Origin: Candidatus Heimdallarchaeum aukensis
GTDB taxonomy: Archaea; Asgardarchaeota; Heimdallarchaeia; Heimdallarchaeales; Heimdallarchaeaceae
Direction: 5' to 3'
DNA: 64,000 nucleotides
Assembly (NCBI GenBank): GCA_021513695.1
Contig: CP084166.1
Coordinates: forward strand, 2,688,001-2,752,000
The stretch's first letter is position 1. Each line of letters starts with the position of its first letter. This document shows positions 19,720 to 30,056 of this stretch, in pieces. The notes beneath the pieces were generated by a model. The model was not told the origin of the DNA. It worked only from the letters and a program-made list of their open reading frames with translations, and made no database searches. Made by a program: the position numbers and the translations under genes.

Positions 19720-20844
19720 TTACCAGATGTAGAACAATGCTGTGTTTCCATCAAATTCCTGAGGAGCATCTACTCCATGATTTTTTGGATAGTTAGCAAA
19801 AGCATAATCAAAGACATCTTCCATTGGAGTAGTAACATCTCCATTAAAGTGTCCGATTAGGGTGTATTCAAGGAAATAGTATGTCCACATTCCATTTTGA
19901 TGTTCAGAGTCATCATAACCGTATCCTCTCTCTGTACAGGTAGTAGTAAGATAAACATGTTCACTATTTGGCATGTTCATCAAATCATCTCCAAACCCTC
20001 CAGAGTAGCAATGGTCTAAAAAGACGAAAATTCTATCTGCAACAGCATTATCTAAAATTGCTGCTAACTCTGTATCATAGAGATTTCCATCTTCTCCGTT
20101 TTCTCCTGAACTGCAGTCCCACATACATAAGTAGGAAGACCCTCTTCCATTACCCGAACCATGACCACTACTGATAAATGCAATTACATCATCACTATCA
20201 GCCGAAGCAACCATGTCTTGTAAGGCTTGCTTTACATTATATTCTGTAGCTAGGCCATCATATTTTGGGTAATTATCGGTATGTCCATCACCGAGAACAA
20301 CTATGTGCTCATATCCAATTCCATTCAAATAATTATACCAATCGGTTGCATCTTCGTCACAATAAGAGAGATCACTTATTGCTTTGTAGTCGCTAATGCC
20401 AACTAAAACTGCCCAATGCTCTACTTCAGTAGAGGGTGGTGGAGTAGCATCATTTGCAACTGTTACAGAAATGGTGTCAGAACCAGTTTGTCCACCACTA
20501 TCAGTAGCTGTTGCTTCAATTGTGTGAGAACCATCAGCATAAGCTGTTGTATCCCAATCATATTGATTTGCATGAACAATGAATACACCGTCTATATAGA
20601 TATCTGCTATGAGATCTCCATCTTCTTTATCAGTAGCTGAAACTAAAATAGTAACAACTCCACTAACTGTATCTCCATTAGATGGAGAATCAATGGAAAC
20701 TGTAGGAGCTTTATTTAGACCAGGTGGGACAAGAGGTTTTGCTCTCACATTAGCCTGAGTTTGTAATGGTATCATAGTAATAAGAAAAGCTCCAATCACC
20801 AAAACTGTAAATATTGTTATCTTTTTTTTCATTTTTTTCACCAA
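19720..20844 (-). CDS. Secreted caspase-family (C14, metacaspase/orthocaspase-like) cysteine peptidase with N-terminal Ig-like domain(s)
   Basis: Signal peptide 'KKITIFTVLVIGAFLITMIP'. Caspase-domain start 'HWAVLVGISDYK'. His motif 'AFISSGHGSGNG' and Cys motif 'FVFLDHCYSGGF'. Confidence 0.65.
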   Translation of the reverse strand: MVKKMKKKITIFTVLVIGAFLITMIPLQTQANVRAKPLVPPGLNKAPTVSIDSPSNGDTVSGVVTILVSATDKEDGDLIADIYIDGVFIVHANQYDWDTTAYADGSHTIEATATDSGGQTGSDTISVTVANDATPPPSTEVEHWAVLVGISDYKAISDLSYCDEDATDWYNYLNGIGYEHIVVLGDGHTDNYPKYDGLATEYNVKQALQDMVASADSDDVIAFISSGHGSGNGRGSSYLCMWDCSSGENGEDGNLYDTELAAILDNAVADRIFVFLDHCYSGGFGDDLMNMPNSEHVYLTTTCTERGYGYDDSEHQNGMWTYYFLEYTLIGHFNGDVTTPMEDVFDYAFANYPKNHGVDAPQEFDGNTALFYIW

Positions 20845-21028
20845 ATAAACTTGGTTGATTGAAATTATTTAAACAATTATTTAAATACTATGTTAAAATT
20901 ATTTCACTTTTTTATTAACTAGTAATGCATAAAAGTAAAAAATAGCATAAAAGGCAAAAAAAATGACCTGACACCAAATATGAAGCAAAGAACATAATAT
21001 TTTGTTTTTTAAAAAAAAGAAAAAAGAG

Positions 21029-22048
21029 TTATGGAGCTTGAATTAGACCATAACCAAATTCTGGATCCCAACCAGGTTCACCAAGATCTAAAGCATTGTT
21101 GATTAACCAATCTTTAACTGCAGCAGGATCTCTTTGTCCACCCATTGCTAGATAGAGAGCAACTAAACCACTTACATGTGGGCAAGCCATGGATGTACCA
21201 GAGAGTGTATCATAACCTCCGTTTTTGTAGGTGGAATAAATACTTACTCCAGGAGCAGCAAAATCTAGAAATGGACCAGAGTTTGAGAAACTGGCAATTG
21301 TGTCGTCTTTGTCCGTTGCTCCAACAGCTATAACTTCATCGTATGCTGCTGGCCAACTGTATTCGTCAGTTGTTGGATCACCATCTCCTTCATTTCCTGC
21401 AGCTGCTACAATAGTAATTCCAGCGTTATAAGCATCGATAATTGCATTGTGAACTTCTTCACCAGGGTCTCCAGAAGCGCCTAGAGACATGCTAATAACA
21501 TCAGCATCGTCTTCTGTACCAACAACACCATCAGGCCCTTCCATTGCAAGATATATTCCTGTGATTAAATCATCCCAATCTCCACGACCGCCAGCTCCTA
21601 GAACCTTTATGGCATAGATTTGGACATTAGCATACATACCTACTACTCCATTGTTGTCTCGAATAGCTCCTATTGTTCCAGCTACGTGAGTTCCATGACC
21701 ATTTTTATCATCAGGATCTCCTCCTCCTGTAGCGTCAACAGCCCAAGCAATATTTGGCATTAAGTCTGGATGATCTAAATCGATACCAGAATCCAGAATA
21801 GCTACTTGAACTGCAGTTGTATATTGGTCACCATAATAAGCACCATTAAAAACTCGTTCGATACCCCAAGGAGTCTCTGGATCATCATCTTGCCAATCAT
21901 AAGTTGTATCATCTCCTCCTCCAAATAGCCAATCAGGAGGACCAGCAAGTGCGAAGGATTGTTTAGCGTAACTTGAAATGGGTACAGCGATTAGACCTAG
22001 TATTAGGGTTGCTAGTAATATACTTTTTATGCTTTTCATTTTTATCAC
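21029..22048 (-). CDS. Secreted subtilisin-like serine protease (S8)
   Basis: Signal peptide, then the D/H/S triad motifs 'VAILDSGID', 'HGTHVAGTIGA' and 'GTSMACPHVSG'. Confidence 0.85.
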   Translation of the reverse strand: MIKMKSIKSILLATLILGLIAVPISSYAKQSFALAGPPDWLFGGGDDTTYDWQDDDPETPWGIERVFNGAYYGDQYTTAVQVAILDSGIDLDHPDLMPNIAWAVDATGGGDPDDKNGHGTHVAGTIGAIRDNNGVVGMYANVQIYAIKVLGAGGRGDWDDLITGIYLAMEGPDGVVGTEDDADVISMSLGASGDPGEEVHNAIIDAYNAGITIVAAAGNEGDGDPTTDEYSWPAAYDEVIAVGATDKDDTIASFSNSGPFLDFAAPGVSIYSTYKNGGYDTLSGTSMACPHVSGLVALYLAMGGQRDPAAVKDWLINNALDLGEPGWDPEFGYGLIQAP

Positions 22049-22292
22049 TTTTTATATGGTTGTGTTCAACCAAAAGAAAGTTCATATTATCTTATAAAAA
22101 CATTGTGTCAAATTTTTATAAGTAAATACTTATTTGAAAAAACGGCGCACTTGCTTGCCTTAGTTTAACAAATTGTTTGCCTTACAAGTTTCTGAAAAAA
22201 GGAGTTTAATTGCGGGGTAACAGTTGTTTTTTGATACCTACAAAAAAGTTGGTTGAGACAAAGGGATAAAAATATAAATGTTAATTTGAAAT

Positions 22293-22793
22293 ATGTCTCT
22301 GAGTAACATGCAATTGAAAAAGAAATTGTTATTATTAATTATTGGTTTCATAGTATTTAGTTCTTTAGTGAGAGCGCTTCCTCAAGATGATTCAGTTTCA
22401 ACTAACTCTACAGATAATTTGTTGAGACTATCACTTTATGATGCTTCTTATAACGATTTTGATGATGATGGAAGAATGGATGATGTTGAGTGTTTTCTTG
22501 ATATCATGATTTCAGATGACTTGAACAGGAAAAATTTTATCTGTGATATATCAATTTATCTGCCTAATGGAGATAGTTATGAATATAGTATCTTAGTATC
22601 TATGAAGTATGATAGCATAACACTCAGAATCGTTTTCATGAATCATGCATATGTTTCTGGAGATTATAGAATCAAAGTGGAAATAAATTTATTTACATCT
22701 GGTTTCTACTATGATGAAACAGAAATAGTTTTTGATCCACCAAGTGAAGAAATTCCTGATGATGAACCATTTATAACTTACTCCACAGTATAA
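22293..22793 (+). CDS. Small secreted acidic protein (hypothetical), divergent from the S8 protease
   Basis: N-terminal hydrophobic signal 'KKLLLLIIGFIVFSSLVRA'. D/E-rich mature part. Confidence 0.4.
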   Translation: MSLSNMQLKKKLLLLIIGFIVFSSLVRALPQDDSVSTNSTDNLLRLSLYDASYNDFDDDGRMDDVECFLDIMISDDLNRKNFICDISIYLPNGDSYEYSILVSMKYDSITLRIVFMNHAYVSGDYRIKVEINLFTSGFYYDETEIVFDPPSEEIPDDEPFITYSTV

Positions 22794-22844
22794 TTATAAT
22801 TTAAAGAATATATTTTAAAAAATTCTGAAAGCAGTTGCTAGAGG

Positions 22845-23969
22845 GTGCCTATTGGATTGATTACAAAAACAGACTACCAATTACTAATCTTATTGCAATC
22901 TAAGCCTACAATTAGCTATTCTGATATTGCACGCATTTTTAATATAAGTTCAGCAACTGCAAAAAGAAAAATTGTTGAATTAAGAAATAAAGGATTATAT
23001 TCTGGTAAGTATGCACAATTTTATCCTACAGCTTTAGGGCTGAATAAATTTATAGTGGTTTCTTTTGTTAAGAGTATTAAGCAAATTTTAATGCTTGAAA
23101 AAGCTCTACGAGAACACCCTTATACAATTCACAGATCAAGGATTTATTCGCCTAAACTAGGTATCTACTCTGAATTTAATTTTCCAATGGAGAATACAAG
23201 TTTTTTAGAAGAGTTTTTTGACAATCTAAAAAATGAAAAGGTGATTGACTCTTTCACCATTTTTGAATCAACCCATATTGAGAAAACGTTACCATTAAAT
23301 CTCAATAAAGTTAGTTTAGATACTCTTAGTTGGGAATATGATTGGAATACCTTAAAAGAATCCTTAGACAAAACAGAAAAAGCTGTTATTCCTGTTCCTC
23401 CCCGAAATATGCTTAAATCTATGAAAGAACTTGATTTTAAGATCTTAAGCATTCTTACCGTTAATGCAGATTATTCTCAGAGAGAGATAAGTCGGATGTT
23501 AAAAAGAGATAGAACTGAAGTTTGGAGAAGATTCAAGTTTCTTGAAGAGAATATTATATCTGGATATCGTTCCAAAATTAATCGTCAAAAATTTAACATC
23601 ACAAGCAATAAAATCATTTTCTTAAGGTTTGAAGATGAGTTGGAACTCTGGCAATATTTTTCTCTTCTTTCTGACGAACAACTGCGCCCTCCTTTTCGAT
23701 ATAGAATAGAAATATTAAAAGAAAAAAATTCTATGAAGAAAATCTTTCAAATTTATATTTCACTTCCTCAAAATCATGAGGCCCAGTTATTTTACTTTAT
23801 TGCAGATAATACGGATTTTGAGAGTTATAATATTGATACAGTAGGTACTCATGGTGTAAGATATTCCTTTTATGAACCTAATTTTGATTATAATGATTGG
23901 GAATGGAAAATAAACAGAAAATATGTTGTAACTGACCCTATTAGAAATATTATACCTAAAAAAATCTGA
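22845..23969 (+). CDS. Putative regulator with two AsnC/Lrp-type HTH domains and no RAM domain
   Basis: 'DYQLLILLQSKPTISYSDIARIFNISSATAKRKIVELRNKGL' and 'LDFKILSILTVNADYSQREISRMLKRDRTEVWRRFKFLEENIISG'. Confidence 0.5.
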   Translation: MPIGLITKTDYQLLILLQSKPTISYSDIARIFNISSATAKRKIVELRNKGLYSGKYAQFYPTALGLNKFIVVSFVKSIKQILMLEKALREHPYTIHRSRIYSPKLGIYSEFNFPMENTSFLEEFFDNLKNEKVIDSFTIFESTHIEKTLPLNLNKVSLDTLSWEYDWNTLKESLDKTEKAVIPVPPRNMLKSMKELDFKILSILTVNADYSQREISRMLKRDRTEVWRRFKFLEENIISGYRSKINRQKFNITSNKIIFLRFEDELELWQYFSLLSDEQLRPPFRYRIEILKEKNSMKKIFQIYISLPQNHEAQLFYFIADNTDFESYNIDTVGTHGVRYSFYEPNFDYNDWEWKINRKYVVTDPIRNIIPKKI

Positions 23970-24098
23970 TTTGATTCCTGAATTATCAATTAAAGCTAAA
24001 TTATTGGAAAACATTTCTAATTTTTCTTTTTCTGTCACAAAGTCTTAAAGAAATATATTTAAAGAAATTAGATAGTCTTTGAATTAGAGGAAAGAAAA

Positions 24099-25409
24099 AT
24101 GAATATAATGAATGACATTAATGATTCTGACCCTATAGTAGCTGATACAATTTTAAAAGAACTAAAGCGTCAAGAGGAAGGAATCGAACTTATTCCTTCT
24201 GAGAACTACACCTCAAGAGCTGTGTTGCAAGCAATTGGAAGTGTATTTACTAACAAATACTCTGAAGGTTATCCTAAAAAGAGATACTATGGTGGAAATG
24301 AAATTGTTGATGAAGTTGAACAGATAGCCATTGACAGAGCAAAAGAACTATTTGGTTGTGAGCATGTTAATGTACAACCTTATTCTGGTTCTCCTGCAAA
24401 TCAAGCAGTTTTTTTTGCTCTTTTAGAACTGGGAGATAAGTTTTTAGGCTTAAATCTCACTTCTGGTGGACACCTTACACACGGAAGCCATGTGAATTTT
24501 TCAGGTAAAAACTATACTTGTGTGAGCTATGATGTCGATAAAGAAACAGAAATGTTAGATATGGACTCAATTAGAAAACTTGCAATAGAAGAGAAACCCA
24601 AAATGATTATTTCTGGATTAACTGCTTATCCACGAGAAATTGACTTTAAAGCTTTTCAAGAGATTGCTGAAGAAGTAGACGCTTATCACTTTGCTGATAT
24701 CTCTCATATTGCAGGATTAGTCGCAGGAGGGGTTCATCCAAGTCCTGTTCCACATGCTGATGTGGTAACAACAACAACTCATAAAAGCTTGAGAGGTCCT
24801 AGAGGAGCTATTATAATGACCAAAATTGAAGATCGGTTACATGACAAATATCATTCAAATACGAAGAAGAACCTTGCTCAACTTATCGATTCTGCTGTTT
24901 TTCCAGGTCTCCAAGGAGGGCCTCATGATAATACAACAGCTGCGAAAGCAGTAGCTTTTGGAGAGGCACTTAAACCTGAGTTCAAAGAATACGCCTCGCA
25001 GATAGTAAAAAATGCTAAAACTCTTGCAGATGAACTAATGTCACTTGGAATTAAGTTGGTTACTAACGGAACAGATAATCATTTAATATTGATAGATCTC
25101 CGTCCAGAAGGATTAACTGGTCAAGGTAAACTAATTCAAAATGCTTTAGATGCAGCAGGAATAACAGTAAACAAGAATACAGTACCATATGAACCATCAA
25201 CACCATTCAACCCGTCAGGAATAAGGTTAGGTACACCTGCAGTAACTACAAGAGGAATGAAAGAGTCAGAAATGAAAGTTATTGCAGAAGGTTTAGCTAA
25301 AGTTATAAAAGCTAAAGGAGATCCTGAAGTTAGTGCTAAAGTTAAGAAGGATATCTTAGAACTTACAAAACAATTCCCATTATACCCTGGGATGAAAATA
25401 CTGCAATAA
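24099..25409 (+). CDS. glyA: Serine hydroxymethyltransferase
   Basis: 'LIPSENYTSRAVLQA...YSEGYPKKRYYGGNE...TTTTHKSLRGPRGA' is the SHMT PLP-lysine signature. Confidence 0.9.
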   Translation: MNIMNDINDSDPIVADTILKELKRQEEGIELIPSENYTSRAVLQAIGSVFTNKYSEGYPKKRYYGGNEIVDEVEQIAIDRAKELFGCEHVNVQPYSGSPANQAVFFALLELGDKFLGLNLTSGGHLTHGSHVNFSGKNYTCVSYDVDKETEMLDMDSIRKLAIEEKPKMIISGLTAYPREIDFKAFQEIAEEVDAYHFADISHIAGLVAGGVHPSPVPHADVVTTTTHKSLRGPRGAIIMTKIEDRLHDKYHSNTKKNLAQLIDSAVFPGLQGGPHDNTTAAKAVAFGEALKPEFKEYASQIVKNAKTLADELMSLGIKLVTNGTDNHLILIDLRPEGLTGQGKLIQNALDAAGITVNKNTVPYEPSTPFNPSGIRLGTPAVTTRGMKESEMKVIAEGLAKVIKAKGDPEVSAKVKKDILELTKQFPLYPGMKILQ

Positions 25410-25442
25410 ATTTCCTTCTTTCTTTTTTTATAGATTATAAAA

Positions 25443-25716
25443 TTAAACTCTTTTTCCTGAAAGGTTTAATTTATAGGTTCGAATTGTTTCTGGTTGAATA
25501 ATTTTACCTGTTGGAGTTATAAATGATAAAGCATCGAAGGGACATTGAACAATGCAAGTTCCACATTTTATACAATCTATTGAATTGACTATTTTCACTT
25601 TTTTTTCCTCTTCATCCATTGAATAGCAGTTACGATGACAGACATCTATACAAATTCCTGTTCCTTTACATTTTTCTTTATCTAAAAGTATTTTGTACTT
25701 GCTTTCTTCAATAATG
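25443..25716 (-). CDS. Small 2x[4Fe-4S] ferredoxin-like ORF that is not in the ORF track. No in-frame ATG/GTG/TTG covers the first Cys cluster, so the start is uncertain.
   Basis: Minus-strand translation by hand gives '...DKEKCKGTGICIDVCHRNCYSMDEEEKKVKIVNSIDCIKCGTCIVQCPFDALSFITPTGKIIQPETIRTYKLNLSGKRV*'. The only in-frame Met (~25619) would keep just one cluster. Confidence 0.4.
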
Positions 25717-25761
25717 TCATTTTTATATAACTTTGATGAAGATAAAAAGATTTACAATTTT

Positions 25762-26262
25762 TTAATACTCTGGTGTTGCGTCTTCCCAAAGAAAATCCCA
25801 CATTTCTGAAGTGTAAAGAGTTTCTTTTTCTACAATTACTCTCATAAGTCTTTTTAGAAGAGCATGATGTCGAATTTCATCCTGATAGATAGCCCGAATT
25901 ACAAATCGCTCTTTTTCACTTTCTAGTTTTTCAAGGAGTTCCTTGTAAGTTTTAATAGCAGATGATTCAAGTTCAATATGTTGCTGAATTGCATCACTAA
26001 TAATATCAGATTGTTTTTCACCTATAAAAGGAGTGGTTTCACCAATTAATGCAATTAAGGCATTTAGCATACTTTTATGTTTTTGAGAATCTATAGCAAT
26101 AGCTAAGACAAGCTCTTTAATTAAACTATTTTTTATTTTTTCCACAGATTCTTTTGCCTTTTCAATTATTTTTTCTTCAAGTTTTACTTGTTTTTTATAA
26201 AAATCCAGTTTTTCTTCTTGATTCATTGTTACCAATTGTACATAAAAGTTGTTTTTATACAA
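25762..26262 (-). CDS. Hypothetical helical protein, possibly ferritin-like/diiron, low confidence
   Basis: 166 aa. 'QDEIRHHALL' and 'AIDSQKH' could be E/DxxH-type motifs. Co-oriented with the ferredoxin-like ORF. Confidence 0.3.
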   Translation of the reverse strand: MYKNNFYVQLVTMNQEEKLDFYKKQVKLEEKIIEKAKESVEKIKNSLIKELVLAIAIDSQKHKSMLNALIALIGETTPFIGEKQSDIISDAIQQHIELESSAIKTYKELLEKLESEKERFVIRAIYQDEIRHHALLKRLMRVIVEKETLYTSEMWDFLWEDATPEY

Positions 26263-26369
26263 GAACTTTTTTATCGGAGAATCTCAATTTGTATATTGAT
26301 AGTAAAATAACACTTCAAGCGAATAGTTTTTAAATTAACATCAAACTCGAGAAATAAGTGAGATAGATA

Positions 26370-26648
26370 ATGTCCTCAGAAAGAAGAGTTGTTAGAAAGA
26401 AGAAGAAATTTGGTCTAGTTCTTGAATTTGTACCTGTTGTTAGAGATCTATTTCCTGATGATGAAGTTAAAGAAAAGATACAAGGAGAAATAAAAAGAGC
26501 AAATGGACTTACTCCTCAATTTCTTGCAGATAAATATAATGTACGAATTAGTACCATCAAGAAAATGCTCAGAGAAGCAGAAGCGAATGGTATTATAGAA
26601 TGTGTTGCAAGTAATAAACGTACAAGAGTTTATAAAGCAAAACAATAA
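26370..26648 (+). CDS. rps25e: Ribosomal protein eS25 (S25e)
   Basis: 92 aa with a basic N-terminus 'RRVVRKKKKF'. 'LTPQFLADKYNVRISTIKKMLREAEANGIIECV...RTRVY' matches the S25e winged-helix pattern. Confidence 0.5.
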   Translation: MSSERRVVRKKKKFGLVLEFVPVVRDLFPDDEVKEKIQGEIKRANGLTPQFLADKYNVRISTIKKMLREAEANGIIECVASNKRTRVYKAKQ

Positions 26649-26715
26649 GAAGATTAGTTTGTTTTTACAACTACTAATTTATTATTTTAACTATTTTTAG
26701 AACCTTAAATAATTT

Positions 26716-27690
26716 TTAGTAAAATTCAAGACTAGCTGGTGAAGTATCAGAAATTCCCTGTTCAGTAACATAAAATAGAATCTCTCTATCAGGAAAACGA
26801 GAACTGTCAAATAATCTAGCAATTCTTGCACTTCCTCTACTTTTTCGAAGGAAAATCCTTTGTTGAGGACGATGAGCCCAAGCAAAGCCTAGGGCTGGTT
26901 CTTCTCCACTTCCATAGAGAAATTGATCTATAGCAGCAATTATTTGGTTAGTAACAACTATAGCAACATCATAATCTACAGCTATTTCTACAAGTTTTTC
27001 AGCCAAACTCATAATCTTTTGTTGTCTCTCAACTAGTCTATCTTTTCCAATAAATTCTGCTCGAAAGTGTGCAGCAAGAGAATCAATAATTACAAGTTTA
27101 ATATTCTCTTCAGGAATAATTTTTTCTAATTGATTTATGTATGCAAGCATTATATCTGTGTTGGAAGTAGGGGCGACTAGTATATTGTCTAAAACCTTTT
27201 TCGTATTCTTTACCTTGTAAGAAGCAATTTCCTCTATTCTTTGGGGAGAAAAAGTTCTTTCTGTATCAATGAAAAAAGCTTTTCCTTCAAGTCCGCCAAG
27301 ATCTTTAGGCAGTTGTACATTAATGCATAGTTGAAAACAAAGTTGAGTTTTCCCGCTGCTGAAAGAACCAACTAATTCTGTTATTTCTCCTGTCCAAATA
27401 CCACCATTAAGCATACTATCAAATTCTTCTGAACTTGTAGTTATTCGTCCTCTATTACGTTCAATTTCCAAAAACTCTGTAGCAGTATAAGGGTGAATAC
27501 CTAACTGATCTTGCGCTTTTTGAATAATTAAAGCAGATAGTTCTTCTTCTATTTCTAAGTCTTCAGCAAGTTCTTTTTCACTCATAAGAGATAATTGACC
27601 TAAAGAATAATTTTTCTGTTCCAATTTTTTTATTATCTCTTTTTCAATTCCTTCAAGTTGTGTCATAGTTGTCTGTTCAACGTTGAACAT
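26716..27690 (-). CDS. radA: RadA recombinase (Rad51/RecA family)
   Basis: N-terminal HhH region 'LEGIEKEIIKKLEQ'. Walker A 'GEITELVGSFSSGKTQLCFQL'. The true start may be the second Met 'MTQLEG'; a 'ttttatatat' TATA-like element ends 7 nt upstream of the listed ATG on the coding strand. Confidence 0.9.
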   Translation of the reverse strand: MFNVEQTTMTQLEGIEKEIIKKLEQKNYSLGQLSLMSEKELAEDLEIEEELSALIIQKAQDQLGIHPYTATEFLEIERNRGRITTSSEEFDSMLNGGIWTGEITELVGSFSSGKTQLCFQLCINVQLPKDLGGLEGKAFFIDTERTFSPQRIEEIASYKVKNTKKVLDNILVAPTSNTDIMLAYINQLEKIIPEENIKLVIIDSLAAHFRAEFIGKDRLVERQQKIMSLAEKLVEIAVDYDVAIVVTNQIIAAIDQFLYGSGEEPALGFAWAHRPQQRIFLRKSRGSARIARLFDSSRFPDREILFYVTEQGISDTSPASLEFY

Positions 27691-27852
27691 TTAGATATAT
27701 AAAACTATTACCAGAGAAAAGAGAAATCATCAATAAATGAAAATCAATGATTTTAAAAGCTATATTGGATTATTCTAGATTTCAAGTTTTACAACACTTT
27801 TTTTAAAAAATAAATACTTATATATAAAGAATGTAATACACATACGATAAAA

Positions 27853-28074
27853 ATGAGTTACGATATAAAAAATGAATACGTAACGCCGAAAAAAATCGAA
27901 AAAGAACTAAAAGCAATATTATACGATATGGAAAGTAAAAATACAGCTATAATTGAAGATGCATGTTATAAATGGGTTAAACTGGAGGAAAGATTTGCTA
28001 AGTATATTCCTGAAGAAAAAAGAAAAGAATTAGCGAAAAGAATAAGTAAACTTAAGCATTATAATGATAGTTAG
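27853..28074 (+). CDS. Hypothetical small protein, 73 aa
   Basis: ORF only. Confidence 0.25.
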   Translation: MSYDIKNEYVTPKKIEKELKAILYDMESKNTAIIEDACYKWVKLEERFAKYIPEEKRKELAKRISKLKHYNDS

Positions 28075-28321
28075 AAATGGCTAAAAATTGATTGCAAAAA
28101 TTAATTTAAATTCAACTTCGATTTTGTATTTGTGTTCTTTTTAGAGACTTAAAATCATTATTTTATTAAAAGTTGACTGACCGTTAATTTTATATATCAG
28201 TCTAAGTCGAATTTTTACGGAAATTGTTTCTCATGCTAAAAAAGACAAACAAAAAAGCTAGTTAAAAATCACTTGGTAAAAAAAATTAACAAAATTGATT
28301 GAATACAAAAAACCAAGATGA

Positions 28322-29968
28322 ATGAGAAATAAAATAAAAAAGGTGAATGAAATGTACGGACAACCAATATATATTTTGAAAGAAGGAACAGAAAGAACAA
28401 CAGGAAAAGACGCACAAAGAAATAATATTTCAGCTGCTAAGGCAGTAGCAGAAGCAGTAAGAACAGCTCTTGGTCCAAAAGGAATGGACAAAATGCTTGT
28501 AGATGGATTTAGTGATGCAACAGTAACAAACGATGGAGTAACTATTCTTAAAGAAATTGAAGTTCAGCATCCTGCTGCAAAATTTGTTATCGACCTAGCT
28601 AAGACCCAAGACCAAGAGACTGGAGACGGAACTACTACTGTTGTTGTTATTGCTGGAGAACTTCTTAAACAAGCTGAAGAGCTTTTAGATATTAATATTC
28701 ATCCAAGTTTAATTATTGAAGGTTACAAACTTGCTATGGAAGAAGTAAAGAATATTCTTGAAAAAATTGCTATACCTGTTCCATTTGATGATGCTGAAAT
28801 GATGAAGAATATTTCAATGACTTCCATGAGCAGCAAAATTATCGCTAGCGAGAAAGAATTTATGTCAGATATCGTTGTTGAAGCCGTTAGATCCGTTACA
28901 GAGGATCGTGATGGCAAAAAATTTGCTGATATTGACAACATTCTAATTCAAAAGAAACGTGGTGGAAGCATTAGAGATACAGAATTAATCAAAGGTTTAT
29001 TGATTGATAAAGAGTTTGTTCATCCAGATATGCCTAAAAAAGTAACAGATGCTAAGATTCTTCTTTTAGACAAAGGACTAGAACTTTCCAAGACTGAAAT
29101 TGATGCTAAATTACAAATTAGCACTCCAGATCAAGTACAGGCATTTCTAGATAATGAACACCAAATGCTTAAAGACATGGCAGAAAAGATTATTGCTTCT
29201 GGAGCAAATGTAGTGCTTTGTCAAAAAGGAATCGATGATATTGTTCAACACTATCTAGCAAAATCTGGTATTGCAGCTGTAAGACGAATTAAGAAATCTG
29301 ATATGAAGAAACTAGCTCGTGCTACTGGAGCTAAGATCACAACCAGTCTTGAAGATTTATCCAATTATCTTGGAACAGCTGGTTTAGTTGAAGAGGTCGC
29401 CATTGGAGACGACCACATGATAAAAATCACAGACTGCAAAGATCCAAAAGCTGTTTCCATTCTCATTCGTGGTGGAACTGAAATGGTTGTTAATGAAGCT
29501 GAACGTGCTATTCATGATGCTCTATGCGTAGTCCGACAGATCATTCACGATGAAAAAGCAGTTGCTGGTGGTGGAGCTCCTGAAATTGAGATAGCTTATC
29601 GTTTAGCTGAATTCGCAAAAGGTCAACCAAGTAAAATACAAAAGGCCGTTGAACAATTCGCTAAAGCCATGGAAATTATCCCCAGAACCCTTGCTGAAAA
29701 TGCAGGATTAGACCCCATTGATATTCTCAGCGATTTATACAGTAAACATGCCAAAAATGGTACAACTTTTGGTGTAGATCCTTTCAGTGGCTCTGTTGCT
29801 GATATGAAAAAACTCAATGTTATTGAACCTATTTCAGTTAAGAAACAAGCTATTAGCAGTGCCTCTGAAGCTGCAATGATGATACTCAGAATTGATGATG
29901 TCATCGCTGCAAAAGAACTTGGAGAAGGTCCTAATCCACCAGGTCCAGGTGGAGAAGACTTCGATTAG
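28322..29968 (+). CDS. ths: Thermosome (group II chaperonin) subunit. The likely true start is 'MYGQPIYIL' (~28352).
   Basis: '[49 protein letters not shown]' and '[15 protein letters not shown]'. The C-terminal 'PGPGGEDFD' tail is typical of thermosomes. Confidence 0.9.
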   Translation: MRNKIKKVNEMYGQPIYILKEGTERTTGKDAQRNNISAAKAVAEAVRTALGPKGMDKMLVDGFSDATVTNDGVTILKEIEVQHPAAKFVIDLAKTQDQETGDGTTTVVVIAGELLKQAEELLDINIHPSLIIEGYKLAMEEVKNILEKIAIPVPFDDAEMMKNISMTSMSSKIIASEKEFMSDIVVEAVRSVTEDRDGKKFADIDNILIQKKRGGSIRDTELIKGLLIDKEFVHPDMPKKVTDAKILLLDKGLELSKTEIDAKLQISTPDQVQAFLDNEHQMLKDMAEKIIASGANVVLCQKGIDDIVQHYLAKSGIAAVRRIKKSDMKKLARATGAKITTSLEDLSNYLGTAGLVEEVAIGDDHMIKITDCKDPKAVSILIRGGTEMVVNEAERAIHDALCVVRQIIHDEKAVAGGGAPEIEIAYRLAEFAKGQPSKIQKAVEQFAKAMEIIPRTLAENAGLDPIDILSDLYSKHAKNGTTFGVDPFSGSVADMKKLNVIEPISVKKQAISSASEAAMMILRIDDVIAAKELGEGPNPPGPGGEDFD

Positions 29969-30056
29969 TTTTTTCTTTTTCCTTATCTTTTCTTTTGTAT
30001 AATTTTCTTTATTTTGTTATAGAAAACTTCTTTAGTTTTCTCCTCAATTCCACTAT

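Noticed and set aside
19503-19769. 88-aa minus-strand ORF overlapping the 3' end of 18864..19625 and the start of the caspase-like gene
   Set aside because: It overlaps two better-supported genes. Low-complexity F/L-rich translation typical of AT-rich antisense frames.
22141-22230. Locally GC-richer patch ('aacggcgcacttgcttgccttag...gcggggtaacagttg') between the divergent S8 protease and secreted-protein genes. Considered as a structured ncRNA or tRNA.
   Set aside because: No cloverleaf, no T-loop 'GTTC(G/A)A' motif, no C/D or H/ACA boxes and no convincing stem-loops. More likely a bidirectional promoter region.
28188-28197. 'ttttatatat' TATA-like element upstream of the thermosome gene
   Set aside because: It lies about 125-155 nt upstream of either candidate start, too far for a confident promoter call without transcript-start data. 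Similar A/T runs are ubiquitous in this 30% GC genome.
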